The position numbers and the translations under genes are program-made. Source: a virus (taxonomy: Duplodnaviria; Caudoviricetes). Taken from it: a DNA stretch of 64,000 bases. The notes under the pieces are model-generated. The model worked only from the letters and a program-made list of their open reading frames with translations, was not told the DNA's origin and searched no databases. Of this stretch, positions 50,489-60,077 are shown piece by piece. The stretch spans positions 1 to 64,000 of IMG/VR virus record IMGVR_UViG_3300038673_000510, one strand, 5' to 3'. Every line of letters starts with the position of its first letter. Position 1 is the stretch's first letter.

Positions 50489-51229
50489 TTGAATAACTTC
50501 AAGTCAAAAGATGGCATTACAATTGCAGAGGTTCGCGCTGAACTTAAAAAGCAGAATGCTGTAATTGAAAGAGATAAGGCATACACTTGTCGTAGATGGA
50601 TTGTTACAGTTGATAAAAATACTTCTTTTCATATTCGTTATATTCCCACTATGGGAGAAATGCTGAACGAACTAAAAACTAAAAAAGTAATGGCTTTCTG
50701 TAAAGAACATGAAGCCAATTCAGATGGTAAAACCACAAAAGTACGTAAAGAAAAGAAGCTCAGAACAAAAGAAGTGAGAATGCTGAAAAAGCAGAAAAAA
50801 GTAAATAATCCCAGAATTCAAGAACTTCAGGAACAGCATATAAATCTTGTTCTTGAAAGAATGCGTCTGACAAATACCAAAGAAAGAAAAGCAGAACTTG
50901 CTATTCAATTAAAAGCTCTTCGTGCAGAAATTATTGAGCTTGGTGGTGATCCCACTATAGGTAATTCAAATGAAAAAACTTCTGTATCACGTGAAGATAT
51001 GGAAGAAGCTCGTAAACGTGGTATAGCAAAGCGCGCCGAAAAGAAAGACAAAAAAACTGCTGGTAAAAATGCTTCACCTCGTCTTAAGAAAACTGCATCT
51101 AAAAAAGCAAAAGATGAAGACTATGAAGACGAAATTGAAGAAGATGAATTCGATCTTGAAGAAGAAGAAGAAGAAATGAAACCAGCTAAAAAAGCAAAAA
51201 CTAAAGCTGTTAAAAAGGGTAAAAAATAA
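50489..51229 (+). CDS. hypothetical protein with acidic and basic C-terminal tracts
   Basis: TTG start with GAGGA RBS. Confidence 0.7.
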   Translation: MNNFKSKDGITIAEVRAELKKQNAVIERDKAYTCRRWIVTVDKNTSFHIRYIPTMGEMLNELKTKKVMAFCKEHEANSDGKTTKVRKEKKLRTKEVRMLKKQKKVNNPRIQELQEQHINLVLERMRLTNTKERKAELAIQLKALRAEIIELGGDPTIGNSNEKTSVSREDMEEARKRGIAKRAEKKDKKTAGKNASPRLKKTASKKAKDEDYEDEIEEDEFDLEEEEEEMKPAKKAKTKAVKKGKK

Positions 51230-51714
51230 TGGGACTTTGTAAGGGTATTTACACAAGACGACAGCACGGTGAAAATATCACTGTTCCAGATTTTATGGAA
51301 GGGCATCATATGAAAGACGATAAAAAAACCATGGTTCCCGATGGCGCAGTAATTACAAAAATCCCAGAGGGTGTTCTTGATATTACTGAAATTGATAAAC
51401 CGGAAAAGAAAAAAAAAGTAAACGTCAAGAAGCAAGAACAGACAATTAAGCAGCTTGAAAAAATCATTAAACGCAAAAGTCGCGGTGCAATGATTAAAAC
51501 AGCTTCAATCAAAGAAGTTCAAAAAGCACTTGGATCGCGGTATGTTATTGAAAGAGATAGATCATATAAATGTCGTAGATGGATTGTGACATCAAAAGAC
51601 AAAGAATGGTTTATCCGTTTTAATGATCCATTATGTATAGCGGTGGATTATATTAATAAACATGGTGCAGCAAAATTTCTTAAAGAGTTTTCGTTAAAAA
51701 GCAAATACAATTAA
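51229..51714 (+). CDS. hypothetical protein sharing a domain with the upstream gene
   Basis: IERDRSYKCRRWIVT vs IERDKAYTCRRWIVT. Confidence 0.7.
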   Translation: MGLCKGIYTRRQHGENITVPDFMEGHHMKDDKKTMVPDGAVITKIPEGVLDITEIDKPEKKKKVNVKKQEQTIKQLEKIIKRKSRGAMIKTASIKEVQKALGSRYVIERDRSYKCRRWIVTSKDKEWFIRFNDPLCIAVDYINKHGAAKFLKEFSLKSKYN

Positions 51715-51900
51715 GAGGTTAATATGCTTGGATGTGGAGATTATGCAATAACTAAATTATGGAAAGGATATACTGAGCCTCAAGTAATTGAATATGCAGA
51801 ATCTTATGAAGAATGTCTTAAATATATTTCCACTCAAAAACATAGCATTGCTTTTGATTGGGAAATAATGAAATTTCAATAAAAAACAAGAGGTAATAGT

Positions 51901-52149
51901 ATGGACGCAGTAACCGAAATTTCTTCAATCGTAGTTGATGAACTTGAATTTTTTCCTGGAGATTATTTTCAGGGAAGAGATAGAGAACGAAAAAATTTCA
52001 CGCTCAAATATGAAAGAATAACAAACGGTATGGCAATCATCAAGCAGATGGGCAGAAATACTACACATTTTTTTCGAATACCTCTTGCTGATGCTGGCGA
52101 TCAGCTTGGTATGATGTTCAGAAAAATTGAACGTGTATATAAATTTTAA
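51901..52149 (+). CDS. hypothetical protein
   Basis: GAGG RBS. Confidence 0.6.
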   Translation: MDAVTEISSIVVDELEFFPGDYFQGRDRERKNFTLKYERITNGMAIIKQMGRNTTHFFRIPLADAGDQLGMMFRKIERVYKF

Positions 52150-52200
52150 TGTTTGAGCTGGAGGATGAAAATTCTCCAGCTATTGTAATTTGGAGATAAT

Positions 52201-52557
52201 ATGATAGATGAAATAATTAGCATTGAAGAAGTGGAATCAGGGGACACAATTGATATAGAAGTTTCGGGAGATCATTTGTTTTTTGCAAATGATATTTTAA
52301 CACATAATTCGCAGTTAAGTCGTGGTAATCTTCTTGTAAGTATTGAGGATTTGACTGAAGGCTTTATGGCGGATAGTTGGAGAAAAGTAAGTATATCGGA
52401 CTTGATTGTTGGTATGGCTGCAACTCCTGAAGAACGAGCTGCAAATAGAATAAATTTTAAAACACTCAAATCTCGAAATGGAATTAAAGACGAAATTTTT
52501 CCATTGAAGATTGAATACGAAAAAATGACTATTTCAGATTTAGCTAAAAAAGGATAA
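52201..52557 (+). CDS. split intein C-half (36 aa) fused to helicase C-part
   Basis: IDIEVSGDHLFFANDILTHN|SQLSRG...ADS...KSRNG. Confidence 0.93.
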   Translation: MIDEIISIEEVESGDTIDIEVSGDHLFFANDILTHNSQLSRGNLLVSIEDLTEGFMADSWRKVSISDLIVGMAATPEERAANRINFKTLKSRNGIKDEIFPLKIEYEKMTISDLAKKG

Positions 52558-52728
52558 TAACATGAAAGTTCAAACAAAAATACTAATGGAAATGTCACTT
52601 AAAGAAGCAGCAGTTCTTCAACGTTTTCTTGCAAATGTTTCAGATGAGATACTTGAAACATGTAATATAACTGAGACAGGAGATCAGAATATTATTTATG
52701 ACATATACAACGAACTTGAGAAACATGC

Positions 52729-53238
52729 ATGAAAAATACAACATATCTTGATAAGTTAAAAGCTAAGGGTCCACAATTTATATTTGTGGCAAAACCAGCT
52801 ACAATACTTTCAACTAAATATCCAACAGTATATATTGATGGTAGTTATGATACTACTAAGAAAATTTCTGGGTGGGGATTTGTGGTTGTTGAAAATGGAA
52901 AACAAATTCATGAAGAATGCGGACATGTTGATGATAGTCCCTTTGGTTCAAGAAATATTACCGGTGAAATCATGAGTTCAGTATTCGCCTTAAAATGGGC
53001 AGATAAAAACAATATTCCGATGGTTGTTATATATCATGATTATATAGGACTTGGACAGTGGGCAGCTGGACATTGGAAAACAAAAGCGCCAATCTCAATA
53101 AAATATAAAGAGTTGCTTGGCAAAATAAAATGTAAAGCAGAATTCAGACACGTAAAAGGTCATACTGGAAATGTATGGAATGAAGCGGTTGATAAACTTG
53201 CTGAACAAGGAAAGTTTAGAAAACTATGGAAAATATAA
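52729..53238 (+). CDS. ribonuclease HI
   Basis: YIDGS, RNITGEI, HDYIG, HVKGHTG..WNEAVDKLA. Confidence 0.9.
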   Translation: MKNTTYLDKLKAKGPQFIFVAKPATILSTKYPTVYIDGSYDTTKKISGWGFVVVENGKQIHEECGHVDDSPFGSRNITGEIMSSVFALKWADKNNIPMVVIYHDYIGLGQWAAGHWKTKAPISIKYKELLGKIKCKAEFRHVKGHTGNVWNEAVDKLAEQGKFRKLWKI

Positions 53239-53372
53239 AAAACTTTCTTAATTTATTTAAGAAAAAACAATGCAATCATGTTTTTATGAAACGATATGCG
53301 TATTTACACACTCCTTATAAAATACGTTTTGAAGAATGTATTAAGTGCGGAAGATTATAAAGGATAATAACA

Positions 53373-53960
53373 ATGGAAAATAAAAATTTTTTTGAAGAAT
53401 ATCACAAAATTAATTCAGTTTATAAAAGAGATCCAAAAACTAAAAAAATAATCATCGGAGATTATTCAACTCCGGAAATCGAATTCCTTAAAAACAATCA
53501 GTGGACTGCTGATGAAAAAATCGATGGAACAAATATTCGTATCGGATGGGATTGTGAAAAAGTTATTATCGGTGGAAGGACTAAGGATGCTCAGCTGAGT
53601 ATGGAATTAATACAGTCACTTCAGAAGATATTTACAGTTGAAAAATTCAAAAGTATTTATCCTGAAACTCCAATGACACTTTATGGACAAGCATTTGGTA
53701 TTCAAGGAAAAACTTTTGGTATTCCTACTGTAGATGCTTCTGTAAAAAGATCTATACCATTATATAAAATTGAATATTATGTTGAAAGGTTTATTGATTA
53801 TGCCAAAGAACATCCTGAACTGACTTTCCTTGTTACTGAAATAGGTTGTGGGCTTGCAGGGTTTAAAGTAAAAGACATTGCTCCTTTATTTGTCAAAGCA
53901 ATTGATGTAGAGAACATTCATTTGCCATCTAAATTCTGGCACAAGCTGGAGAACATATGA
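53373..53960 (+). CDS. chimera: truncated RNA ligase N-part plus macro-like phage protein C-part
   Basis: YHKINSVYKRD, EKIDGTNIR; then FGIPT, FLVTEIGCGLAG. Confidence 0.7.
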   Translation: MENKNFFEEYHKINSVYKRDPKTKKIIIGDYSTPEIEFLKNNQWTADEKIDGTNIRIGWDCEKVIIGGRTKDAQLSMELIQSLQKIFTVEKFKSIYPETPMTLYGQAFGIQGKTFGIPTVDASVKRSIPLYKIEYYVERFIDYAKEHPELTFLVTEIGCGLAGFKVKDIAPLFVKAIDVENIHLPSKFWHKLENI

Positions 53961-54209
53961 GCTGCAAAAGAGCAGAAGATTATGAGAAGATAAGAAAATC
54001 ATTGATAATGACAAATGAAAAATACCACCAGAAGTTTGATATATAAGGAAATAATTATATGAATAATGAACAAATGTTTTGGATTCTATATGGTATGTTA
54101 GCTGGTATCTTTCTGCAATTAGTATTTATAAATAATAAACTCAGAGATATTAGAGATAACTCTCATAAAAAATAATTAAACGTGGCATAGATTGTGACAG
54201 AGGAGTAAA

Positions 54210-54479
54210 ATGAAACATCCCATAATAATTGAAAAATATAATGGAACAATGGAAGAATTAGTTAATGATTTATCACAACTGAATTACACCTCTCTTAAAT
54301 ATATTTTTGATATGCTTGCTGTGAAAATAGCAAAAGATGCACAAGAAGACTTTTCAAAAGGAAGAGTTCAACTCAGTAAGGGACTTATGGATTTAGCTGA
54401 AAAATTATCAGACTGTGCTATACTAATTAACCCCATATGGAAAATATGTAAAAATCATATGGACTTGGGGAAAAAATAA
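54210..54479 (+). CDS. hypothetical protein
   Basis: GAGGAG RBS. Confidence 0.65.
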   Translation: MKHPIIIEKYNGTMEELVNDLSQLNYTSLKYIFDMLAVKIAKDAQEDFSKGRVQLSKGLMDLAEKLSDCAILINPIWKICKNHMDLGKK

Positions 54480-55004
54480 TTGTTGACGAAAATGAAAAGG
54501 TATAATTATGAAATTGTCAGAAGTATTAGAAAGTTTAAGATTGAAATTCACAAGTGGTAATGCTGTTCCAGTAGAACGTGCATTTATTCTTAAAGAAGAG
54601 TATGAAGTTATTCTTAATGTAATAAATACATATCAAACGGCACTGGAAGATATTCGCAATTTTGCAGATTATTATCCAGGTTGTGGTGAATATTCTTGTG
54701 GACAAAAAGCAATAGAAGCTTTGGAGAAAATAAAATGAAAAACCAAATAACTGAAATCGTTCTTATTAAAGATATGAGCGCCGGCAATGAAACAGTAGGC
54801 GAATCATGGCAAGAAACAAAAATTTTTAGTGTTGATGAACCTATTACAAATCTTTTAAAATGGGCTTTTCCGGATTGCGATTATGAAAGAAAATCAAGAA
54901 AAAGAGTAACTATTACTATTCCTGAGCAATAAGAAAAAAATCACATAAGGGTTGACAATAATGCAAATATAAGATATAATTAATATATAACGAGGTTAAT
55001 AAAA

Positions 55005-55862
55005 ATGAATAAAAATCTAATTAGTTTCTCAATGACAATTCTTGTCATTCTCTCAATGATCGGTTGTCAAGTTGACACCGATAAATCTGGTAAACGTAAT
55101 GTTATTGTTAATAAGGCTTTTGGTTCGACAGCTGCTCCCACAAAGTCTTCACGAACAGCTGCTTCCACAAAGTCTGCACGAACAGTGTCTATTTTCAATG
55201 CTGAACGGGGCAACGACACTTTTGAGATTGTACGTGATATTAATAAAGCGAATAATATTACAAAAATGACCACCACCTCTTCAAATCATTCAATATATAC
55301 TTTTGAATATGATGAGAATAATCGTATGGTATGTATGAAAAATTATGATAACATTGACGGTGACAGCGAGGGTGATACACTAAATGCTACATTAAAATTT
55401 TCATATTCACCAAATACTATGACAGTTGATTATATTGTTGGTACCAATCCCGATGCAATCCCTACAAGCAGCATTGTTTATACTTATGATGTTAATGATA
55501 GTACAAAAGTTATAAGTAAAGAGGTTGATGGTACAAATTATACTTATGTATATTCAGAAGATGGGACACTTGATAAAATTATAGACACTAATGGTTTAAC
55601 ATATCTTGATTATACTTATGATGGTTCTGAAGTTTCTTGTTTTTCATCATCATCTGGCATAAATTTTAAAAATAGATATAATGCAGATGGTAATATTGAA
55701 TATGCATATTGCAACGCTGGTCCATCAACAGTATATTATACTTATGAAGTAACCGAAGTAGAAACGCTTCCCGAAAATTTTCTACCTTTTAATAATTATC
55801 TTGTGCTTATTGATGTTACTTATGGCTCGTTTGATGGCTTTAATGGATTTGAATACAAATAG
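55005..55862 (+). CDS. lipoprotein with YD-like repeats
   Basis: MIGC lipobox; repeated Y-x-YD; own early promoter and terminator. Confidence 0.7.
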   Translation: MNKNLISFSMTILVILSMIGCQVDTDKSGKRNVIVNKAFGSTAAPTKSSRTAASTKSARTVSIFNAERGNDTFEIVRDINKANNITKMTTTSSNHSIYTFEYDENNRMVCMKNYDNIDGDSEGDTLNATLKFSYSPNTMTVDYIVGTNPDAIPTSSIVYTYDVNDSTKVISKEVDGTNYTYVYSEDGTLDKIIDTNGLTYLDYTYDGSEVSCFSSSSGINFKNRYNADGNIEYAYCNAGPSTVYYTYEVTEVETLPENFLPFNNYLVLIDVTYGSFDGFNGFEYK

Positions 55863-55886
55863 TTAAATTTAAAAAAGAAATATATA

Positions 55887-55916
55887 AGAACTCCAGCTTT
55901 TGCTGGAGTTCTTTTT
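55887..55916 (+). terminator. intrinsic terminator
   Basis: AAGAACTCCAGC-TTTT-GCTGGAGTTCTT-TTT. Confidence 0.85.
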
Positions 55917-56034
55917 ATATTACAATGGAGAATAAAATGATAAGACAAGCAACTTGCGAAATAATAGTTTTGAGGACATTAAACAAATTTTTTAATTGGT
56001 TTGGTAATATCAAATTATTTGAGAGGAAAAAATA

Positions 56035-56649
56035 ATGGCAACTGGATATACGTATATGATTATTAAAGACAAAAAAGAGCCAACATTTCAGGAGTTTGCA
56101 TTTAAATGTATGCAAGCTTTTTCATGGGTATTCAGAGATAATAATCTAACAATAGAAGAAGTAATAGCAAAAGAGGGTAATTTGGAAAAAATGACAGATG
56201 ATAATTATTATTCAAATGAACTTAAGGCAACACAAAAGGAACTGAAAAAACTTTTAAAAATGACCGATAAGCAGTTTGCTAATCTTGTCGATAAAGAATA
56301 TAAGCAAAAAATTAAAGTTTATAATGAAAAGATGGCTGAACAAACAGAAAACATTAGACGGCTTAATGTTAAAATTAAAGAAGTGGAAGCTTGGAATCCT
56401 CCAACAGAAAATCATGTTGCAATTAAGGAATTTATGCTTGAGCAATTAAAAATGACTATAGATAGTGAAACTTATGATATTAATAAACCAATAGCTATAT
56501 CTGTTGATGAATATAAAAAAACAGAAATTGACAAATGTACCGCTGAAATAAAATATTATCAAGAAAAAATTGAAGCAGAACATGATAGAATAAATCATAA
56601 TAATTTGTGGACAAGAACATTTTTACAGAGCATTGGTCTCTTAAAATAA
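56035..56649 (+). CDS. conserved phage hypothetical protein
   Basis: MATGYT..TFQEFAFKC, WNPPTENH..IKEFMLEQL. Confidence 0.7.
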   Translation: MATGYTYMIIKDKKEPTFQEFAFKCMQAFSWVFRDNNLTIEEVIAKEGNLEKMTDDNYYSNELKATQKELKKLLKMTDKQFANLVDKEYKQKIKVYNEKMAEQTENIRRLNVKIKEVEAWNPPTENHVAIKEFMLEQLKMTIDSETYDINKPIAISVDEYKKTEIDKCTAEIKYYQEKIEAEHDRINHNNLWTRTFLQSIGLLK

Positions 56650-56699
56650 AATTACTGGAGTATAATTAAGAAAAGACTAAAAACATACGGAGTAAATTA

Positions 56700-57647
56700 A
56701 TGACTGGAAAAACTATAAAAAGTTTAACTGTTGAAGAAATTGAGAACGCAGAAGAAAAAGAACATATTGCCAGTGAGAGTGTTCGCAAAGTAAATGTTGT
56801 TAAAGAAGAAACTGTTGCTGCTAAAAAATATGATTGTAAAATGAAAGAGGAAGTTGTATCTATTTTTGAGCCACAACCAGTACCTTTTATGCTTCCGACA
56901 AAAACAAAGGTTTATCATGGACCTGGTATTTCTAAGGATGGTAATATTTATATTCGTAGATTTACCACAAAAGAAGAGAATTCTATTCAAACATCATTAT
57001 CAAAGAATCAAAAAGACAATGATCTTTCTATTAATGGTTTTCTAAAAATACTGAATACTGCAATTGATAATTGTATTAAGTCTGATGTAAGTATTTATGA
57101 AATTCCTATTATTGATAAGGTTCCATTATTAATAAAACTTATTTCTTTATCTTATGGCAACAAACTTAAAATTGCTATTCCATGTGATGGCTGTGGGAAA
57201 GAACATGTTGTAGAGATTAATCTTGATAAAGATTTTGTTGTTAATTATGTAACCGATGAATTTGAAGTACCAAAAACTATTGCGTTAACTGGATTTTCTT
57301 TTCCAGTATCTGTTGATGTATCAATTCCTACTATAGAATTTGAAGATGCATTTGGAGGGGAAAAAGCTGAGTTGCTGAGACAATTTGAAGCGTTAATTGT
57401 GGATGCACATGGACAAAAGCCAGATGGTTCAGAAATTACTATAGAAGATATTCCATTGATTGTAGAAAATATCGAAAAAGAAGACAAAGATAAAATCAAA
57501 GACTATATTAGTAGTTTTGAAGACATAGGAACAAATCTGCAATTAAAGCCTATGGTATTGTGTAAAGAAAAAACATGTTCATTAAAGAACAAAAAAGTAC
57601 AGCCTTTTATAGAATTAAAATTCTTATTAAATCAATTATTAGTGTAA
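56700..57647 (+). CDS. baseplate hub assembly protein (T4 gp26-like)
   Basis: LPT..., RRFTTKEE, SLSYG, CxxC, INL. Confidence 0.65.
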   Translation: MTGKTIKSLTVEEIENAEEKEHIASESVRKVNVVKEETVAAKKYDCKMKEEVVSIFEPQPVPFMLPTKTKVYHGPGISKDGNIYIRRFTTKEENSIQTSLSKNQKDNDLSINGFLKILNTAIDNCIKSDVSIYEIPIIDKVPLLIKLISLSYGNKLKIAIPCDGCGKEHVVEINLDKDFVVNYVTDEFEVPKTIALTGFSFPVSVDVSIPTIEFEDAFGGEKAELLRQFEALIVDAHGQKPDGSEITIEDIPLIVENIEKEDKDKIKDYISSFEDIGTNLQLKPMVLCKEKTCSLKNKKVQPFIELKFLLNQLLV

Positions 57648-57648
57648 T

Positions 57649-58566
57649 ATGCAATATATTCCAAAGACATTATATCTTCCATCTGGCGGATTATTATATC
57701 CGCCAGTGGCTTATATACATAAACTTGATGCTTCGTATTATCTCGCCGAATTAGATGCAAATATTTATGATACAAATTTTGATAAAATTCAAAGTATCAT
57801 AAAACGTTTTTGCTTACTTCCAATCGACATAAACAATATGTTATTAAGTGATATATACTATATTTATAGTTATATATTAACTACTGATATAGTGGAAGAT
57901 ATTTATTTATTGAAAACAGCATATTGTTCTTCATGTGATACATTTAATAAAGTTTCTGTATCTGCGGCTAATTTCAATATACAAGTTTATAATCCTTATG
58001 ATCCAATATGTTTTAATAATGAATATGTTACACTACATAATACTAAAATAAAAATACGTCATAGAATAGTACAAGATAATTTGCAATATGTGGCATTAAT
58101 ATCATTAGAAGAGAACGAATATGATGAATTACACATTATAAAAATGATGGTATATTTTGTTATGACGCAAATTGAAGAAATTATATATAACAATAAGTTA
58201 GTTCATAAAAAACACTGGAAAGAAGTTTTGGAGAATTTGGTTACCAGAGATTTATTTCAATTATTTAATCAGACGCTTGAGTTTAATAAAACAATTGGTA
58301 TTTATGATAAATTTAAGTTTGTTTGTAAGAATTGTGGGGCTAAAAATTACTTTTGGTTTTTTGATGATATAATTGATAATAAAGTTATTACTCAAAGAAC
58401 AATTAATAGAGAACAATTACTTATAATAATAAAAAGTTTTATTAGTGAAAGTAGACTTCCTTGTTTTACATTAAGCGATGTAATGAATAGACCATTACAT
58501 TATCAAGAAATTTACAAGGAGGCCATTGATAGTTTGGATTTTAAAATCGGACAGGTAATGGTTTGA
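57649..58566 (+). CDS. second gp26-like baseplate protein
   Basis: LPSGGLLY, two CxxC motifs. Confidence 0.55.
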   Translation: MQYIPKTLYLPSGGLLYPPVAYIHKLDASYYLAELDANIYDTNFDKIQSIIKRFCLLPIDINNMLLSDIYYIYSYILTTDIVEDIYLLKTAYCSSCDTFNKVSVSAANFNIQVYNPYDPICFNNEYVTLHNTKIKIRHRIVQDNLQYVALISLEENEYDELHIIKMMVYFVMTQIEEIIYNNKLVHKKHWKEVLENLVTRDLFQLFNQTLEFNKTIGIYDKFKFVCKNCGAKNYFWFFDDIIDNKVITQRTINREQLLIIIKSFISESRLPCFTLSDVMNRPLHYQEIYKEAIDSLDFKIGQVMV

Positions 58567-59051
58567 AAATAACAATAACAGCTACAAGAATTAAAAAACA
58601 ACAAAACATACAAGAAATATTTACATGGAATCCTATTACAAGATTTGCAATTGATAATACCAGAGGATTACCAGTAAAGTTAAGAATACAAATAGCAAAA
58701 ATGTCATTACACAATAAAATAACAGATATAAAATTGATTGATATAAATTATTTTGATAATAGTATTATGTATTTATATAATATAATAGATACAGATTTTT
58801 TTAATATACCAATTATCGAAACATGTATGATTGATTATAATCCTACATTAAGAAATAAAGACTGTAAAAATTGCCAGCATCTTAAATTTTGGAACAACCA
58901 GTTTGTCTGTTATTTACGAATGTTTCCTACGGATAAATTAGAAGGTTGTTTAGACTGGTTTGAAACAGAAACAAATAACTTGATAGAGATAAGGAAAAGA
59001 CATGTATATAACCGCAAAACAGCAAGACGAAATGGTATGTTTAATAAATGA
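58563..59051 (+). CDS. hypothetical protein
   Basis: ORF in operon. Confidence 0.55.
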   Translation: MKITITATRIKKQQNIQEIFTWNPITRFAIDNTRGLPVKLRIQIAKMSLHNKITDIKLIDINYFDNSIMYLYNIIDTDFFNIPIIETCMIDYNPTLRNKDCKNCQHLKFWNNQFVCYLRMFPTDKLEGCLDWFETETNNLIEIRKRHVYNRKTARRNGMFNK

Positions 59052-59691
59052 ATTTAATTTAGAAACAAACTATGGACAAAACATCACTCGTAAAAGTAAT
59101 GCCATAATGAACAATCTATATACAAATTATATGGATAAAATCATTACTGGCATTATATTCACTCCGCAATATAGCTTTTGGCGTTATGCTGAGGCATCTG
59201 ATTTGATTCAAGAAGCACGAACAGCAATATATTTATCTATATTAAAACAACAATACAATAATGCAAAAGGAACACCATTTAATTTCTTTTCAACAGTAGT
59301 AAGTAACACATTAAAAAATTTTACAACTAAAGGCAACAGATATTATGAAAAAAAATCCAATGCTGATATTTCTAAGTTGTATAATAATCCTTCCTTAATG
59401 TACAATCAAAACCTCGACAAAAACATTCTCTTCGATAATATAATAGAAATGTTAATAGTGTATTTCGAAGATAAACCCAAATTTCAGGATTTAACAATTT
59501 TATTAGCTCAACATGTACATGTGAATAATTGTAGTAATAGTAAATTCATTAAAAAGCATTTTATTCAATATGTTAAGGCGCATAATTATTCGCCCGCAAT
59601 TGCTAATACATTTTTTAATTATTTAAAACGTTTCGCAACAAATCGTCAAATAAAAGAATTGCTTTATTTGATAGACCATGAGTATATATAG
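59002..59691 (+). CDS. truncated sigma factor (T4 gp55-like late sigma)
   Basis: DLIQEA...YNNAKGTPFNFFSTVVSN region-2 signature. Confidence 0.7.
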   Translation: MYITAKQQDEMVCLINEFNLETNYGQNITRKSNAIMNNLYTNYMDKIITGIIFTPQYSFWRYAEASDLIQEARTAIYLSILKQQYNNAKGTPFNFFSTVVSNTLKNFTTKGNRYYEKKSNADISKLYNNPSLMYNQNLDKNILFDNIIEMLIVYFEDKPKFQDLTILLAQHVHVNNCSNSKFIKKHFIQYVKAHNYSPAIANTFFNYLKRFATNRQIKELLYLIDHEYI

Positions 59692-59697
59692 GATATT

Positions 59698-60066
59698 ATG
59701 GAAAATTTAGAAGAACTTACAAAACTATTACGTGAATCAATAAATATGTGCAGAGAAGACAGAAAAGCCGCTAAAGCTAATTATGAAGCTTTACGTAAAC
59801 AGCTTGATGATATTCTTGAACGTGGAATGGAGAGTTCCGAGGATGGACGTGTAGAACAAGAAGTAAATAAATCACTTAAACTTGTTTTTGAAGCTGCACA
59901 AAGAGCTGATAAAGTAATTGATAGCATCACCAAAATTCTTGTTGTTCAGTTGAATAACGAAAGTAGAGAACGTGTTGCTAATAGTCTTATAGGCGGGAAT
60001 TTCCCGGGTAGTAAACAAATTGTTACTGGACCAGTTGATATTAAAATGCTTATTGATGAAGATTGA
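59698..60066 (+). CDS. helical hypothetical protein, possible terminase small subunit
   Basis: Size, helical character, adjacency to TerL. Confidence 0.4.
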   Translation: MENLEELTKLLRESINMCREDRKAAKANYEALRKQLDDILERGMESSEDGRVEQEVNKSLKLVFEAAQRADKVIDSITKILVVQLNNESRERVANSLIGGNFPGSKQIVTGPVDIKMLIDED

Positions 60067-60077
60067 GGATAGAGGGA

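Noticed and set aside
7088-54980. TATAAGGGTTGACA repeats as CRISPR or mobile-element ends
   Set aside because: They are dispersed, all fit TTGACA-N17-TATAAT, and precede genes, so they are promoters
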